64,000 bases of DNA, taken from assembly GCA_002633005.1 (NCBI GenBank), contig NMRA01000091.1, positions 701,062-765,061 of the forward strand, read 5' to 3'. Numbering within the stretch: position 1 is the first letter of the stretch; each line of letters begins with the position of its first letter. Below the pieces are notes generated by a model. It saw only the letters and a list, made by a program, of their open reading frames with translations, was not told where the DNA came from and did no database searches. The stretch comes from Phoronis australis (Eukaryota > Animalia > Phoronida). A program made the position numbers and the translations under genes. Below are positions 38,382-51,639 of the stretch, piece by piece.

Positions 38382-40916
38382 GGGGCTATTCGGAAAATTT
38401 ACATTAACTAGAGGGCGCGCGTGTACTAGTGGTGATAGATTAACAGCCTCGATTTCGCGAGCCCTTTAAATACATGGTGAAATGGCTTGTAGGTGTGCAA
38501 ACTGAATCTGAAATTGCGTGAAAAGGGTCCTTCTATGAGAGAAAGTAAGCACGACCTTATACAAAGGTAAGGTTTGTGATTATTTTAACGATTATTCCAT
38601 GTTTATTCTACAGATGCCTGTTAACTGAGATACTCGCCGATGTCGACTTCGCGACAGTCGCCAGTCCGCGGGTTAATCTTTGTTGTGATGCGTGTTACGA
38701 TACTTGACGTAGCACTCGAGATCTTTTCGTACATCAAAGCCGTATTATTGTTTGGAATGATTTCTAACAGGTTTATCAGTGACAGTTACATCAATGAATG
38801 CTGAATGTTTAACTCGATATGGGTTAGTGAGATTACAAACCAAGCCCAACTTATGCCATGGCAAAGGGTACGTACATGTAAATATCCATTAGACTATTTG
38901 TTTACTCCCTATCCTATGTCTTCCGGAAATTTGCTACACGTTCAAATGAAATTCTATAATGTCTGTTTTCACGTGACCTTTGGTTTTTAGGTTTGAGGGC
39001 TTGTACCGTGCAGAGGAGATATGCATCGCTTCTGCATTGACCCTGAATGGACAAGAATTGGTTTTAAGCAGTTGACTGCAGCTAACCAGCAAGATCTTCC
39101 CATCCAGTGTACATCTGTTGTTGAAGCCTACTTTCTTCATCGGAGACAACGAACAAGCTTTGTTACTCCTTTCTCTTCCTACAGCATTTCCACACACCAT
39201 TAGTGCTGCATGGTGCAATGTACATGTCAGTGACCCTGGTGAAATGTGAATCTCAGCACGAAGTTACCATAAGACAACGTGTTGTTTGTGTATGAAGAGG
39301 AACTATCCTTTCTCACTGATTGACATTAACATTTTCTTTCAGTAAAAAGGCTATATACTAATGGTAAAAACTTTTCAATTTGGTACACATTATGGGGAAA
39401 TGACATTCAGTGACTACATCGATTGTCTTATTGTCAGTAGAAAGCCCGTTAATGTTACACTTTGATGATCAAATAAATTTTTCATCAACAGGCAAGTTTG
39501 TCACTAATTATTGAAACCACAATATTTCCTCAGTTTTAAAGCCCCATAAATTGCAGTTGTGCTTATTCTTCATAAAGCTGAAATGACTAGCGATTACGCT
39601 TGCGAATTGTCGTTTTCCTATTGACCTCTAGAAATGTGCAGCGATCAAAATGAAGTATTCCCTTTGTTTGCATTTGATTTGTGTGTAACTATTTTTAGAG
39701 CTTTGTTAAGAAGGTCTTTGAACAATTTTAAGTTTTGTGATAACTTGTCCACAACAAAAATTCCACATGCAAGAAAAGTATATAAAGAAACAACATTGTT
39801 AAAAACAATTGTAATTTTCCCACGCAGTGGAGTCCATAATCAGGCATATCAAAGGCTGAATTTCTGAATTAGGTTCAATTCTGTCAGGTTATTGCTGAAG
39901 GATTACTTTTCACTTTGTCCAAAGGTAAAATAGATGGTCAGGCGGCTGGTTTCAGTCGTTTTCTCTCACCTGTAACAGAATAGTCAGAGAAATATTAGCA
40001 AATTATAAAAGAAAACACAAGACAAAACTATTTTAGTAAGGCAGAACATACTTGACGTTTCATCTTCATGTCTATATGTAGAAACTAAATCTTTGTACCC
40101 AAGTCTTATTTAAGATCTGAATTAAACTATGTGAAACAGGCTAAAAGTAATTTAATAATGTGTGTTTTTCACGACACTTAAAATGAGCATCTGACCTCAA
40201 CAAGTAAAATTTATTCTAGGTGTCAATTTTTATTCCAATGCTTTACTGAATAGCTTATTCATGTTAATTCGGTAACTAATCTGGTAGTCCTGAGGGTGGG
40301 GTCCGCTATGAAATAAGGAAACTCACTCGTCCAGAGAATTTTATTGGACATAGCATAGCTTTGAAGAGAAACTGCTGTGAAAAAGGCACCCCTGACTTCT
40401 GAGCGTCACGTACCACACACTTCCGTCGGGCGCATTCCCACCCTTGGAGGACAATATGTGAGTATGTGCTGCTAGCCTACCCGGCATCCAAGTCCTGGAT
40501 GAGTTTCCGAAAAGAAACACTTAGTTCCATTCAATAAACCCGTTATTCAGTGGGGTAACTGGTGGGCTGACATCACCGAACGATGTCGATAGAAACTTGA
40601 TTGCTAAAAACTTACCAAGTAACCTTATGTGGTCTCCCAAAGGGGCTTCGGCATCCACACACTTTTTCTCAGTTGGTTGACCCTTTTGACCACAATGCTC
40701 CACGAATGCAGTAACCTTAGGTATTTTGGTAATTTGTGACCATCTGTCGAAGACTTGCACCAGGGAAAATAGCAATAATAAGGCTTTGGGCGACGACGTA
40801 TTTTGATAACAATCCGTCTTTTTACCAACTGTTTACATGCAGACAGCGACGCATGCGCAATTCAATCACCACTAGTACAGCAGCGACACCGCGAGGATAA
40901 TTCTCCGAATAGCCCC
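38382..40916. mobile_element. Degenerate ISL2EU-like (Harbinger superfamily) DNA transposon
   Basis: AT|GGGGCTATTCGGA...TGTACTAGTGGTGAT mirrored at the right end (ATCACCACTAGTACA...TCCGAATAGCCCC|AT). Carries convergent decayed exon remnants. Confidence 0.8.
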
Positions 40917-42809
40917 ATTCGTCTAGTCCAAAGTACAATACACGGCGACGATATAACTTTATTACACCAGAACAGTGTCTGTGCAATTTACCGAACACAT
41001 AATAGCAGGTTCTCCGCGGCTGTGAAATTTGCCGCCTTCGAATCTCCATCTTACCGGTCTTCACTGTACCTTCAAATTTTTAGAAAATCATGAAATAAAA
41101 CGGCACAAGTTCGAAAAAGGGAATGTACGTGTATCCATAAGGTTTTCCATTATTGCTTGATATTTTATTGCTGCCGAAGGGTGAACTACATGACACACAC
41201 CAGTGAGACGTTGACGCAACATGCTAATTTTATCACCTTCGCCTGTCGTCCAGCGTCAGGTAAAACAGAAAGTGCTAAGTTCGAACGGAACTAGTTGACC
41301 TGAATTGATGTAAAATAATTGTTTTGTGGTTTTATGCATAGCCCGTATTCATCTACAGCGTGAAGCTGTATTTCGACTAGTACAGATGATTAAAAAGCAG
41401 AAATAGTTTTAGGCCCTTTATTCCTATAAACCCTGTCTCAAACAATTCTTTGCCGTGATGGGATTTGACAGGTAAAGAAACGCATCGGAAAATCGGCGAT
41501 ATCGTTGCGGTTAGCCAACCTAGAAATTCGGAAATGGCGCGAAGGAATTGTACTCAAAAGTAGGTCATGTGATTTAAAAATGACCCTTTCCTGTGAGTGT
41601 ATCGCAAAACACCTGATGCCTGGTGGTTTGACTCTTCGGTTATGAACTGGAAATGCACGGTTTTAAGTAACAGCTTTACAAAGAGACATGAAGCTTTAAA
41701 TTATGCAAGCTAATGAATTGGCTCGAATTGCCGTAATGTTCTATATAGAAAAGGCATGACGTAAAAATTATTATCTCTAGTTATTGAATTATTCACCTAA
41801 ATGACATTAGAAAGGGTGAAAGTATCTGTACCCCGGTAGACTCACCAGGTATCAATGAATTTATTTCGAACTTTTGGTGAAAAGGGAAGTAATAAAAATA
41901 GCGAAGAGGCTTTCGGGTTGCAGTAGCTTTTTTCCGAGTTTCCCTTAGTGGTTATTGTAGCGTCCGGCAATTTGAAATTTGTGTCTAAAACCATGGCCAA
42001 AATCGAGATAGGGCAGGTGGAAAACAAGTATAGGTTTCGCTCTTGTGCCAGTCGTCGACGTTTGATAGGAATATTATCGAATAAAACTTAACAAACGACT
42101 GAAAGCCTGGTCTTTTAGAATTATAAAAGTGTTCGCTAAACGAGCAGCTATTGATACAACAACACAAACCATAATGAACTAATTTAGCGTACTGGCATCA
42201 ACTCGATGTTCAACTTGTGGGCTGACTTATTTAACATCGATCTGAAAAACAAATAATTCGAATGTTGCGCATATGCTTTTTCACCTGCAAACGATTGCTA
42301 GCATAAATACGACACGTGTGGGCAGGAGAGAAATATGGGCGGTGCATTGTTCAGTAGACACGAAAGCGTATCAGTTTATGGAAGACAAGGTTTTCTCGGG
42401 CTTGACTGTAAGCCGACAAGTCCTGTGTTTACAAGGATGGCAAAACAAAAGTTGGCTGACATTCAGTACAAGATAAAGTTTCAAAATTACCCAAGAAATT
42501 TTTCCTTCTCTCGTCAGTGAGCTAATTAGTGTAATTTTGCGCCAATACGTAATAACATTCCATGTAGGCTATCAACGAAGGCCAACACTTCCGTTTAGGT
42601 TCTAATGAGCAGCGAATGGTGCATGATAGTCTTATTATGATGTTGAAGCATTTCTGAGAAAAAACGAAGCCTGCTTCAGAGCAAATTTGTTCTAACGAGT
42701 TCATTCATTTTCGTGAGAGAATGTTACGCGAATACAAGGGCTAATTTGTTCTGTTGATACATGTACAAGGTGGATGCCAGGGGTAGATTCACGAAAATGT
42801 GGGCTTAAC

Positions 42810-43328
42810 TAAGTAGCATAGAACGTGAATACCAGATTAAATTGCATTTTTCAAAGTGGTTCTCTGAACTCTGTAGCTGTTCACCAAGTTTTTTAAGGTT
42901 TGTTCGAAAACGTTTTGAATTTCTGTTAATGTCAAAGCATTTTCCTTTAGAATCAAATTTCCAAGAAAAAAAGATTTGTCAACTGCTCGCCATTAGGCGA
43001 TTTTTCTACAACACGGCAAATCCATCTCCTTATTTGGCAAGACATAAACGTATCCCGTATTTGGAAAATGTGACCTTTGACGTTTGATGTAAACAAACAA
43101 TGACGATTTCAACCAGCAGACAGTGCGACTTCTTCCAGCGCATGCGCGCATACATGTTATGAGGGCCCAAAAGAAGTTTTAATTCGTCTGTTCTTCACAA
43201 ATAGAGAACCTGAAGATTGTTACAAGAAATTCTTGTAACATTCAAAGTAAATAACTCTCATGTTAGCAACCCTAAAAAGCAGATTCGCCACGATTCGTTT
43301 AAAAGGTATTTTCGCGGTCCATGCACCT
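42810..43328. mobile_element. Kolobok-like MITE related to 21553-21985
   Basis: Shares tcaaagcattt, gtcaactgctcgcca and tctccttatttggca blocks; right end GGTCCATGCACCT|TTAA; left end is decayed. Confidence 0.65.
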
Positions 43329-43374
43329 TTAAAATAACTTCACAAACTTTAGTTCTCATTGTGACTATTACAGA

Positions 43375-43850
43375 TATCTACGCTGTCACTGCAACGGTTT
43401 ATTACTAATATCTGTGTCATTGCTGCTAAGATTTATTACTAATATCTATGCCATCGCTGCTACGATTTATTTCTAATATCTATGCCATGATTGCTACGAT
43501 TTATTACTACTATCTATGCCATCGCTGCTAAGATTTATTACTAATATCTATGTCATCGTTGCTACGATTTATTACTAATATCTATGCCATAGCTGCTACA
43601 GTTTATTACTAATATCTGTGTCATCACTGCTACGATTCATTATTAATATTTAAGCCATAGCTCCTACGGTTTATTACTACTACCTGTGCCATCGCTGCTA
43701 CGATTTATTACTAATATCTATGTCACCGTTGCCATGGTTTATTACTAACAGCTATGCCATAGTTACTACGGTTTGTTACTACTATGTATGCCATCGCTGT
43801 TACGATTTATTACCAATATCTATGCCATTGCTGCTACGGTTTATTATCAT
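43375..43850. repeat. Minisatellite, 34-bp unit, about 14 copies
   Basis: Consensus TATCTATGCCATCGCTGCTACGATTTATTACTAA; unit starts at 43375, 43409, 43443; no unique spacers. Confidence 0.95.
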
Positions 43851-45973
43851 GGTTTTAATATTTCCGTTATCGTTTTTGTTCCATGGTCTTACCAGATCAT
43901 TTAAAACTCACGTGTAATAATTTTGTCTATGCGTTCAGACAACCGGTTTCTTCACCGATAACACGGCTTCGGTCGATAAGTGGGAGCGTATAGTACACAT
44001 TGTGAAATTTCCGTATATTTGTACTTTTCGTTAAAGATCATTACGAGAGTAAACATGACACAACTAGGAGCGTGGTCACACACAGGTATGCAAAGCAAAA
44101 CACATAATGCAAAATATTGATTGAGACATTATCCAATCGACATTTCAAAGATGCCTGGGAAATTTTCTACGCTTGGCAAGATTACAAAGCTTCCAGATGA
44201 CTCACGTGTTTCGTTGTTGACTCTATAAAAAACAAGACCATTCATCCTATCCACTGCACTGGAGTCAATTTTAAAACTGTTCCGGTAAAACAGCCATGCT
44301 CGTTACGAGAAATCACTCGCACATTTCCGTTTTATAGCCACCGTGCGTAAGAAATACTGTGTGAACAAGTCAACAAGATGTATTGCAACACCACGAACCA
44401 GCGTAACAATTTCACATAATTGAGTATAATTGGATAGCCGTGTACTGTGATGAATAGGAGGTTCATGGGATGATGACCCTTTACATGAAGAACGTGTACC
44501 AGTGCTGCACACCGAATGATTTACATAAGGGCTGTCAGTACATTAGCTTTAGGACGTAATTTTATTTGGAAAAAGAAAAAACCGTTTGTTAATGTCAAAT
44601 CTGGCACAAGGAATAGCGAAATACCACTTTCTCCACTGATACGATAGCACACGTACATCTCCCTTCTTGTTGTTTGTTTGGCACGCAGAAATAAGAAGTT
44701 TGGAGTACGGTGGATTGGGCGATGTTGATAGTTCCAGTTTGTGTCATTCGGAGAGTTTCTCTGGCATTTGCGCTGATGTGATACCATTTTATAGAACAGT
44801 TGTTGTTAAGACTTCTACATAAAAATCTGAAATCCCCATACCGTAAAAAGTACATTTCATTTCGTTTCAAATTTTAAAAATGATCTGTCAAACGCTTGTC
44901 ACTTTGCCAGTTACGTCCGCTGACGTCTGCGTGTTTGATAATGTCGTATCTTGACACGTTGACGACCGGCCGAAGGCAAATGAAAATAAGAACTATTAAA
45001 ATAAAAACTATTGGACTAGTGATGTACATGTATCAGTGGGAGGGACGTTTGAAAATTGTGATCTTTTAGTTCGAATGTAGTGTTTTTCTTAAGCGGTGAA
45101 CTTTGCGATTTCTTCTGGAAACTTTCCCCTAATGGATAATTCCTTCGTACACGCTACGAAAGAGTTATTTCGCCAAAATCTGTTTAAAAGGTATTCCCAT
45201 GGATGTAACCACAACCAAATTGAAGACAATAAATCACAAATCTGCCACTCTCCATGATTCTCGCGATATTTCCCATTTCAGCTCATAGCAAGAGGTACAA
45301 AACACAAGTATGCGACCTAGAGACCCACCTACGAGGTACGGCACTACAAAATACTCGACGTTCAGACTAAACAATTTACAGCTTCAGTGAAAAACATTCG
45401 TTTCACATCGATACATATACCCTGCTAAGGTAAAGTCAACTCGTCAGTTTTAGTTTTCCAATCAGTTTTGCCAGCGAATACGTATAAGATCAAACTCCGT
45501 TTTGCTTTTTATGTTACCGTTCGACTAGTCGGTTATACATGAAAAATGGCGAGAAGTTTTACTCTTCAATGTACGCTTATATTTTAAAATCTTGAGCCTA
45601 GCAAAAGGATTTTAGTAAATCATCTGAAACGTGCGCACTTGAATTATGTCCACAAACATTTTTGATAACCCGGTTGTCCCACGATTCAGTGAATAACACC
45701 GCATTGCGCAACGACACGCTATCATAGTGTGCCACGTTCCGGAGGTAAATGGGCAACCAAATGATTGAACTCGTTCTCGACGGAAGCCTCCACTTATTTA
45801 CAGAAAATATTTTTTCGCACAATATAGTGAAGCAAATACTTACAACCAATGTACGTAACTCGATCCTCGCTATGCGGCACAAACGCACCTCAGCAAGTTG
45901 ATATTACAACCATACCGAAGTGGTGTTGACAAGGAAAATAGTTTGAAAAGAACTGTAAACGTGTTCTGACAGT

Positions 45974-46018
45974 TCAATTCCACAACAAGAATATATTATA
46001 TTCTTGTTGTGGAATTGA
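45974..46018. repeat. Perfect palindrome, 22-bp arms and 1-nt spacer
   Basis: tcaattccacaacaagaatata-t-tatattcttgttgtggaattga. Confidence 0.95.
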
Positions 46019-48289
46019 TTTTCCCTTTCGCGGCAAGTCACAACTAAGTGTCCCGTCTATATTTGCATGCACGGATTGTTAGTAATAATTTATAACTAAA
46101 TGGCCACAAATGGCAACACATATGTTGAATATCACAAAGAATATACATAAAACACGAATGAATTATTGATAAGAAAGGCATACAATTAACTCCACGAAAG
46201 CAGCGATATCGAACAGCATAGGCCGGAACTTGATCTTCGCAATCGAAAGTGACGCACACGTTTCATTCATACAAGGCATGTGACTTGTAGGCCCTATGAG
46301 GAACTGAGTCGCACTATAATACGTATACGAATTTCAAAATTATGAGGACGAGGTCGCTCCAGTCCCCTTATGCAGCGCCCTGCGAGCGTAAGCTATGCAA
46401 TCATTTTCGTGTTTACAAAAAGTAGAACAATCCTAATAAGCTCCTTCATTTTCTCCTGTTTTGACTTCAGAACACAGAAAAGGGTTCATCAATCGGTAGC
46501 CGTCATTAAAATTGGTTCTTTTTGAAAATACGATCCTGCTCGTCTTTGCGTTTTTTTTACAGGCAATCCCTAAAAAGTGAATTCAATTTCGTTCAACTAT
46601 GGCAACGGCCATTTTGTTGGTTCACCATCAGAAATGTTTGTTTGCGTTCAAATTCCAGCTCCATGCAGCGCTATCATTGAAAACCGTTGCTTTGGTTCAT
46701 GTTTTGGGTGGCACACAATTGTATTTTTTAATGTTACTAATTACACTCTATAAAACCGTGAACCAAATGGAGTTCACCAATTACTTCAGTTAACTACCAA
46801 CTTGATTTCTTTCAGTTTGAAGTCTGCGAATTCGACTTAAAACAATTAGCACTGTGTCGGTCTTTAAACTGAAAAGAATCGGAAAAGGTATCTTTAATTA
46901 ACCAAGTTAGTCATTTTACTAACGCGTTGGCAATGGTTTCCTGTAATAAAAAAAGTTTTATACGTCACCTTTGGTTTTTAGAAGAACAACTTTGACTGTT
47001 TGGCAATTTACATAAACAAGTGTGAACAGACAACCGGAAACGATAACAGCACATTATGCAGAACGAAAGGAGGGAATACGTTCAGATCATGTTACATGAG
47101 TCAAAGCAATGGGCGTTTTCTTTTTCAAGGAACAGATTCTGAGAGACGGAGTCGTCATGTACACTGTTCCCATCACGGTGGGTGATTTCACAGCTAACAA
47201 ATTTCAAGTAAAACCCGAAAGTTGAAAAATATCAGGCCACATTTTCCTTGTGACATATGTACATTGATTGAACCGCTGTCTTTATCAGCGAGTTTTGAAG
47301 CAATTGGATTCTTTTTCCATTCATAAGGTAAAATGCGCAACCTGGAATCGCTTAGCGTCAATTAAAGAAAACAACTCCAAAGATGGTAGGAGAGTAAAAA
47401 TGATATTGTTGCTTCTAGTACGAGTCGGCTGACACTCAGGCAGTTTAATATATCTGAGGCACAACCCGTATTGGATAGTCGACTAGGGCTATTACTGCAG
47501 ATTTTCCGTATGAGTCTTATCTTGGAAAGTGTGTCGTACAGTACAATAAAATACAGTACACGATCGCTGAAGAATAAACACAATCTACTGTAAAGTTGAC
47601 ACACCTATTAAAACGGTAATATGTTATGACGTTGAACATTTTCTGTTTACGTCTAATCATTTTTCTGCAATATAGTGATTTTTAAAAACTAATGGAACGC
47701 TAGCCTTTTGAGAAGAGAAGAACGGAATGACTTCAGAGTAGCTTGACCTGTCATTTTTTGTTGCTGACATAATGTGCACAATCTATAACGAGCTGGCGAT
47801 TATCGGGTTGCCATCAGGCATAGCTGTAATGTCACACGACTGTATCGCGACTTAAAGTGGTGGAGAATATGATCTACTTGTCATTTCACACGACGACTCT
47901 GTTTATTGCATGCAGTACACTTCGGTGAGCAAGTTGGAGGAAAGCAGAGTTCCCCACTGCGCTTTCAGTACAATACCGAGCCCGGAAGCTTTTGAAAACG
48001 ATATTGCAAACGAATGAGCTCGTTCACCGTTCACAACACAAATCCTCACAAAAAACAATTGGCAGTAATTCCAGGGCCAATAGATTTACACTCTTTGACG
48101 AGATGTGCGCCATTCCTAGAGTAAAAAGTTGTCAGATCTTTTTTTATTTAAAGTCTACCTTAAAAAAAAACATGCCGTTTCGATACTGTCTACCGGTTTA
48201 ACTCATTTGTATAATATCGGTATTGCTAGACAACTAGAAAATCATGCATCTGTGGCGCATGTGACAACAATCTACAAAGCGATATGAGT

Positions 48290-48973
48290 ACACGTTCTTC
48301 GTCTGAAGAAATTGACCGTGCAACATAAGATCTCCCGGTAAAGCAGACGGCATTGACGGCAATTTGAAATGTTGAAGAATACTACGAAGTGGGAAATCGT
48401 TGTTCCTCTATTGGAACTGCTCTTCAATAGAATTCTAGCTACACGTCACTCACTATCCACAACCCTGATGTGACGCAAAAATTGGTCCCATATTTAGACA
48501 GGATAACACCAAGGCTGAGAAAAATTGTAGGGGTATCTCCTTATTACTAGCACTGGAGGAGCTTGTCACCCAACTCCTATAACCTGCTTAGCACATAGGC
48601 TCAGAACCCAACGACGAACAGACGGGATTCTGCAAGGGCTACTGCACTCAGGATCAAATGTTTACTCGTGTTATGTGCCAAAAATATACTAAGCCTGGTG
48701 GACGTATTTATTGTGCCTTGGTCGACTTTTCAGAGGCATTTGACAGAGTTCCTCACATGGCACGATGGTACAGTAGATAACGAGAACTTGGCATGATGGA
48801 ACACCTAGATAATGACCCAAATATGAAAGGAATTTATATCACTGAAAATCGCGGGAAGTGAAATCGCTGCAAAATGCAGATAGCAATGGTTCTTTGAGCG
48901 TGCACAAAGATAAGGTTACATTGTCTGTATGATTATTGCTTTCATTAAAAATGATGATGGTGATGATAATAAT
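48290..48973 (+). mobile_element. Non-LTR retrotransposon RT relic (CR1/L2/RTE-type)
   Basis: Frameshifted motifs GKADGID, LFNRIL, RGISL, EQTGFCKGYCTQDQMFT, IYCALVDFSEAFDRVPH; (ATG)n-like tail at 48951-48973. Confidence 0.85.
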
Positions 48974-49390
48974 TTCAACCTAGGGAGAATTACATCTAGT
49001 CAGTTGGTGGAAATACTTTTCATACAGTGGAATTAATTTTCTCAAATGTTGACACTCAAGTAGGAAATATTGCCACCTGGTTGAAGTCATGCCCAACCGC
49101 CGGGTGTGAACTATTTTCACCTAGGTTGAAATAATTCACACGCGACCTATCTTGAAACGACTTCCATTCTGGTGGAGATAGTTTCCACCTAGGATGAAAT
49201 GATTCTGTCTAGATGAAGGATATGTCTACAGAAATTAAAATTATTTTATCCAGGTTGAGACTATTTCTATGCGGGTGGATATTTTCCGCCAAAGTTGAAA
49301 TTGTTAACAAATTAGTTGAAACTATTTCTGCGCTAGTGAATATTTGTTATAGCTAGGTTGCAATTATTCCCAGGGTGAATCAATTAAAAC
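48974..49390. repeat. Degenerate short-unit tandem array (ttccacctaggttgaaa-like)
   Basis: Recurrent tttc(c)acctagg(t)tga(a) motifs. Confidence 0.55.
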
Positions 49391-51204
49391 AAAAACCTAA
49401 ATTGAGATAGCGATGGTACTTCCGGGCCACCGAAACCAATTCAGGAACAATTCCAGAGATTCTTGCGATCAACTTAGGTGATGAAACACGCATGCGACGG
49501 CGTTTTAACGTTGCATAAATTCTTTACGTAACTAGTATCAGCACAGACACGATCGAAGCTTGTCTGTAATTGAGGGAGGAACCTGGTGGAACATTTTGAC
49601 CTAGATTTTGCAAATCAAATCCTTACCTTCGGTACACGTACTTGCAGCTCCCAACGAATCAAAAGATAGTGTGTGTATTTTTCGACATGAAATAGACAGA
49701 TTCGCGTTGTCTGTTGGCGAGCATCTACTGTCAAATTCTGTATTTTCGACAATTAATACTCCTAAACAGCTGGCGGCAATTTTAATTTCTGAACCCACTG
49801 AGAATTACGTCTACATGCAGACACGACCCCGGCTGCAGGAACTCGATAATTATCTCACAGAAAGTATTCATGTCATAGTTATTTACTATGGAATTCCAAG
49901 TCTGTTATTTGTTAACCAGTACGCGTTTTAAACGTGAACGCGTCCAGGCTTCACTTCTTAAAGCGCTAATCTAATCCTGCAAAGATGGAGGTTCGCGTCA
50001 TGGTGTAACGCAAACTCGACTGTTCGATCACGTAGTCCACGAACGGGCTGATTACACATCCGTATTTCAATACGGCAAGTTGCCGCACCATTCATTTATA
50101 CATGAAAACTATTCAGAAACTGGCATAAGTAGTGGAATCCGTTACGCGTGTTGCTGTCATGCTGACATACTGTTGTGAGAGAGTTCAGTGACTGCAATAT
50201 GAGAGATGACTCGAGAGAAGAACTCTAGATACTGAGTGTCCGGGGACTAATTTGTAGTGACTTGGTGAGAGGACACATTCAGATGCTATCTTCAATTTCT
50301 TTTCAGAACCAATCGCAAAAAACTGATGCCCTCAGTGTGTATGGTTCACTATCGTTGATTTGGCCGATTATAAATTTTACGGCTGACGTTTGGGCCACAA
50401 CTGACATATTTAACTGACAACGATTAACAACAGCATGTAAATACATCAAAACCTCAAAAAGTTAAAAGTTAAGAACCAGAGCAACGCAAACTACCATAAC
50501 TCTGACGAACGCTAGGCAAGCGACACCCTACGCGAATCTACAAAGCAATTTAACGCGTTATTCAATACATGCAAGTTTAGATTAACGCGCTAACGTGTAA
50601 TACCCCTACGCGTTAACAACTCAAGGCTTGGAATTCTGTAATTTACAGACACGCAGGAGAAGGTGGTTACCCTTCAGAACACAAATTTCTCTAAAAATTG
50701 CAAATCAAAACGTTACCTGTGGTAGCTTGTTTCAAGGCTTCAAATGATCCAAAATACAGTACCAGGTGCTAACGAACACAGGAAAAGTCGGGTGATGAAA
50801 GAAGTTGGCGGTGTATGCGGAAATATCAATATGTTCAAGACAAATCTCTTGATCCCAAAAGTAGTACCTGTGACGTAAAGTCAGTCACAGTCAGCGTCGT
50901 GATTTGAGAAACGTCCTCGTCAAAAGCTAACCCACTACTATACCCTAATGCTTACTCTTTTATGTCGTTTGGAAACGAGGCTAGACTTGGAAGAAAAAAG
51001 CTACAAGTATGTTATTAACAAGAGAACCGAGTGATGAACAGGACAATTGTTGACACTGCCCGGTAACGGCAGCGCATCGAAAGATCACATTACGGAAAAG
51101 TCGCGCTAGTGTAACTTGGTATTGATAGTGCAGACCCAGGCGTGTTGTGCGTAAACGTCTGATGTAGACTGTAATAGTTCTCGTATCAGAGTTGCTAAAA
51201 GCCA

Positions 51205-51639
51205 CCCCAGATGGTGAGTATTTGCCTGAAACTGTCGTTGGTCAAATGGGTGAACGTGAGGCACGTAAATTACGTGGCTTAAATGAATTTTTAACGGCGC
51301 AAATTTATTAGTTGCGGCGTAAATTAACGTTTAATGGCATAAAGTAATTATTTGCGTAAAGTAACTTTAATTTACACTGCAAATAGTTATTATAATTTAC
51401 GCTGCAGATAATTACTTAACGCCGTTAAAAGTTAATTTACCTCGCAAATAATTAATTTGCGCCGCTAACAGTTAATTTACGCCGCAAATAATTACTTTAC
51501 GCCGTTAATGATTAATTTATGCCACTGACAAGAAATAATTTACGCATGTAGTTGACGTGTGTAACGTTCACCCATTTAGCCAAGGATACGAAACAAACCA
51601 AACGCGTGTAACCTGACTCAGGCAAACACTCATCTGGGG
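51205..51639. mobile_element. MITE with CCCCAGATG termini hosting a nested element
   Basis: ccccagatggtgagtatttgcctga versus tcaggcaaacactcatctgggg; no clear TSD. Confidence 0.65.
51248..51573. mobile_element. Nested AT-TSD foldback MITE with head-to-head repeats of about 21 bp; decayed relative near 59034-59295
   Basis: AT|GGGTGAACGT...ACGTTCACCC|AT; internal aattaa..tttgcggcgtaa units invert near 51370. Confidence 0.75.

Noticed and set aside
39960-40020. Recursive splice site (branch point, pyrimidine tract, CAG|GTGAGA) on the GPCR strand
   Set aside because: Lies inside the ISL2EU-like transposon and is more simply an acceptor of its own decayed gene; no evidence of use by the host.
43375-43850. 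CRISPR-like periodicity
   Set aside because: Contiguous 34-bp units with no unique spacers, no cas genes and a eukaryotic context.
50502-50530. Second hammerhead-like motif CTGACGA-stem
   Set aside because: The required GAAA reads GACA and there is no stem III.
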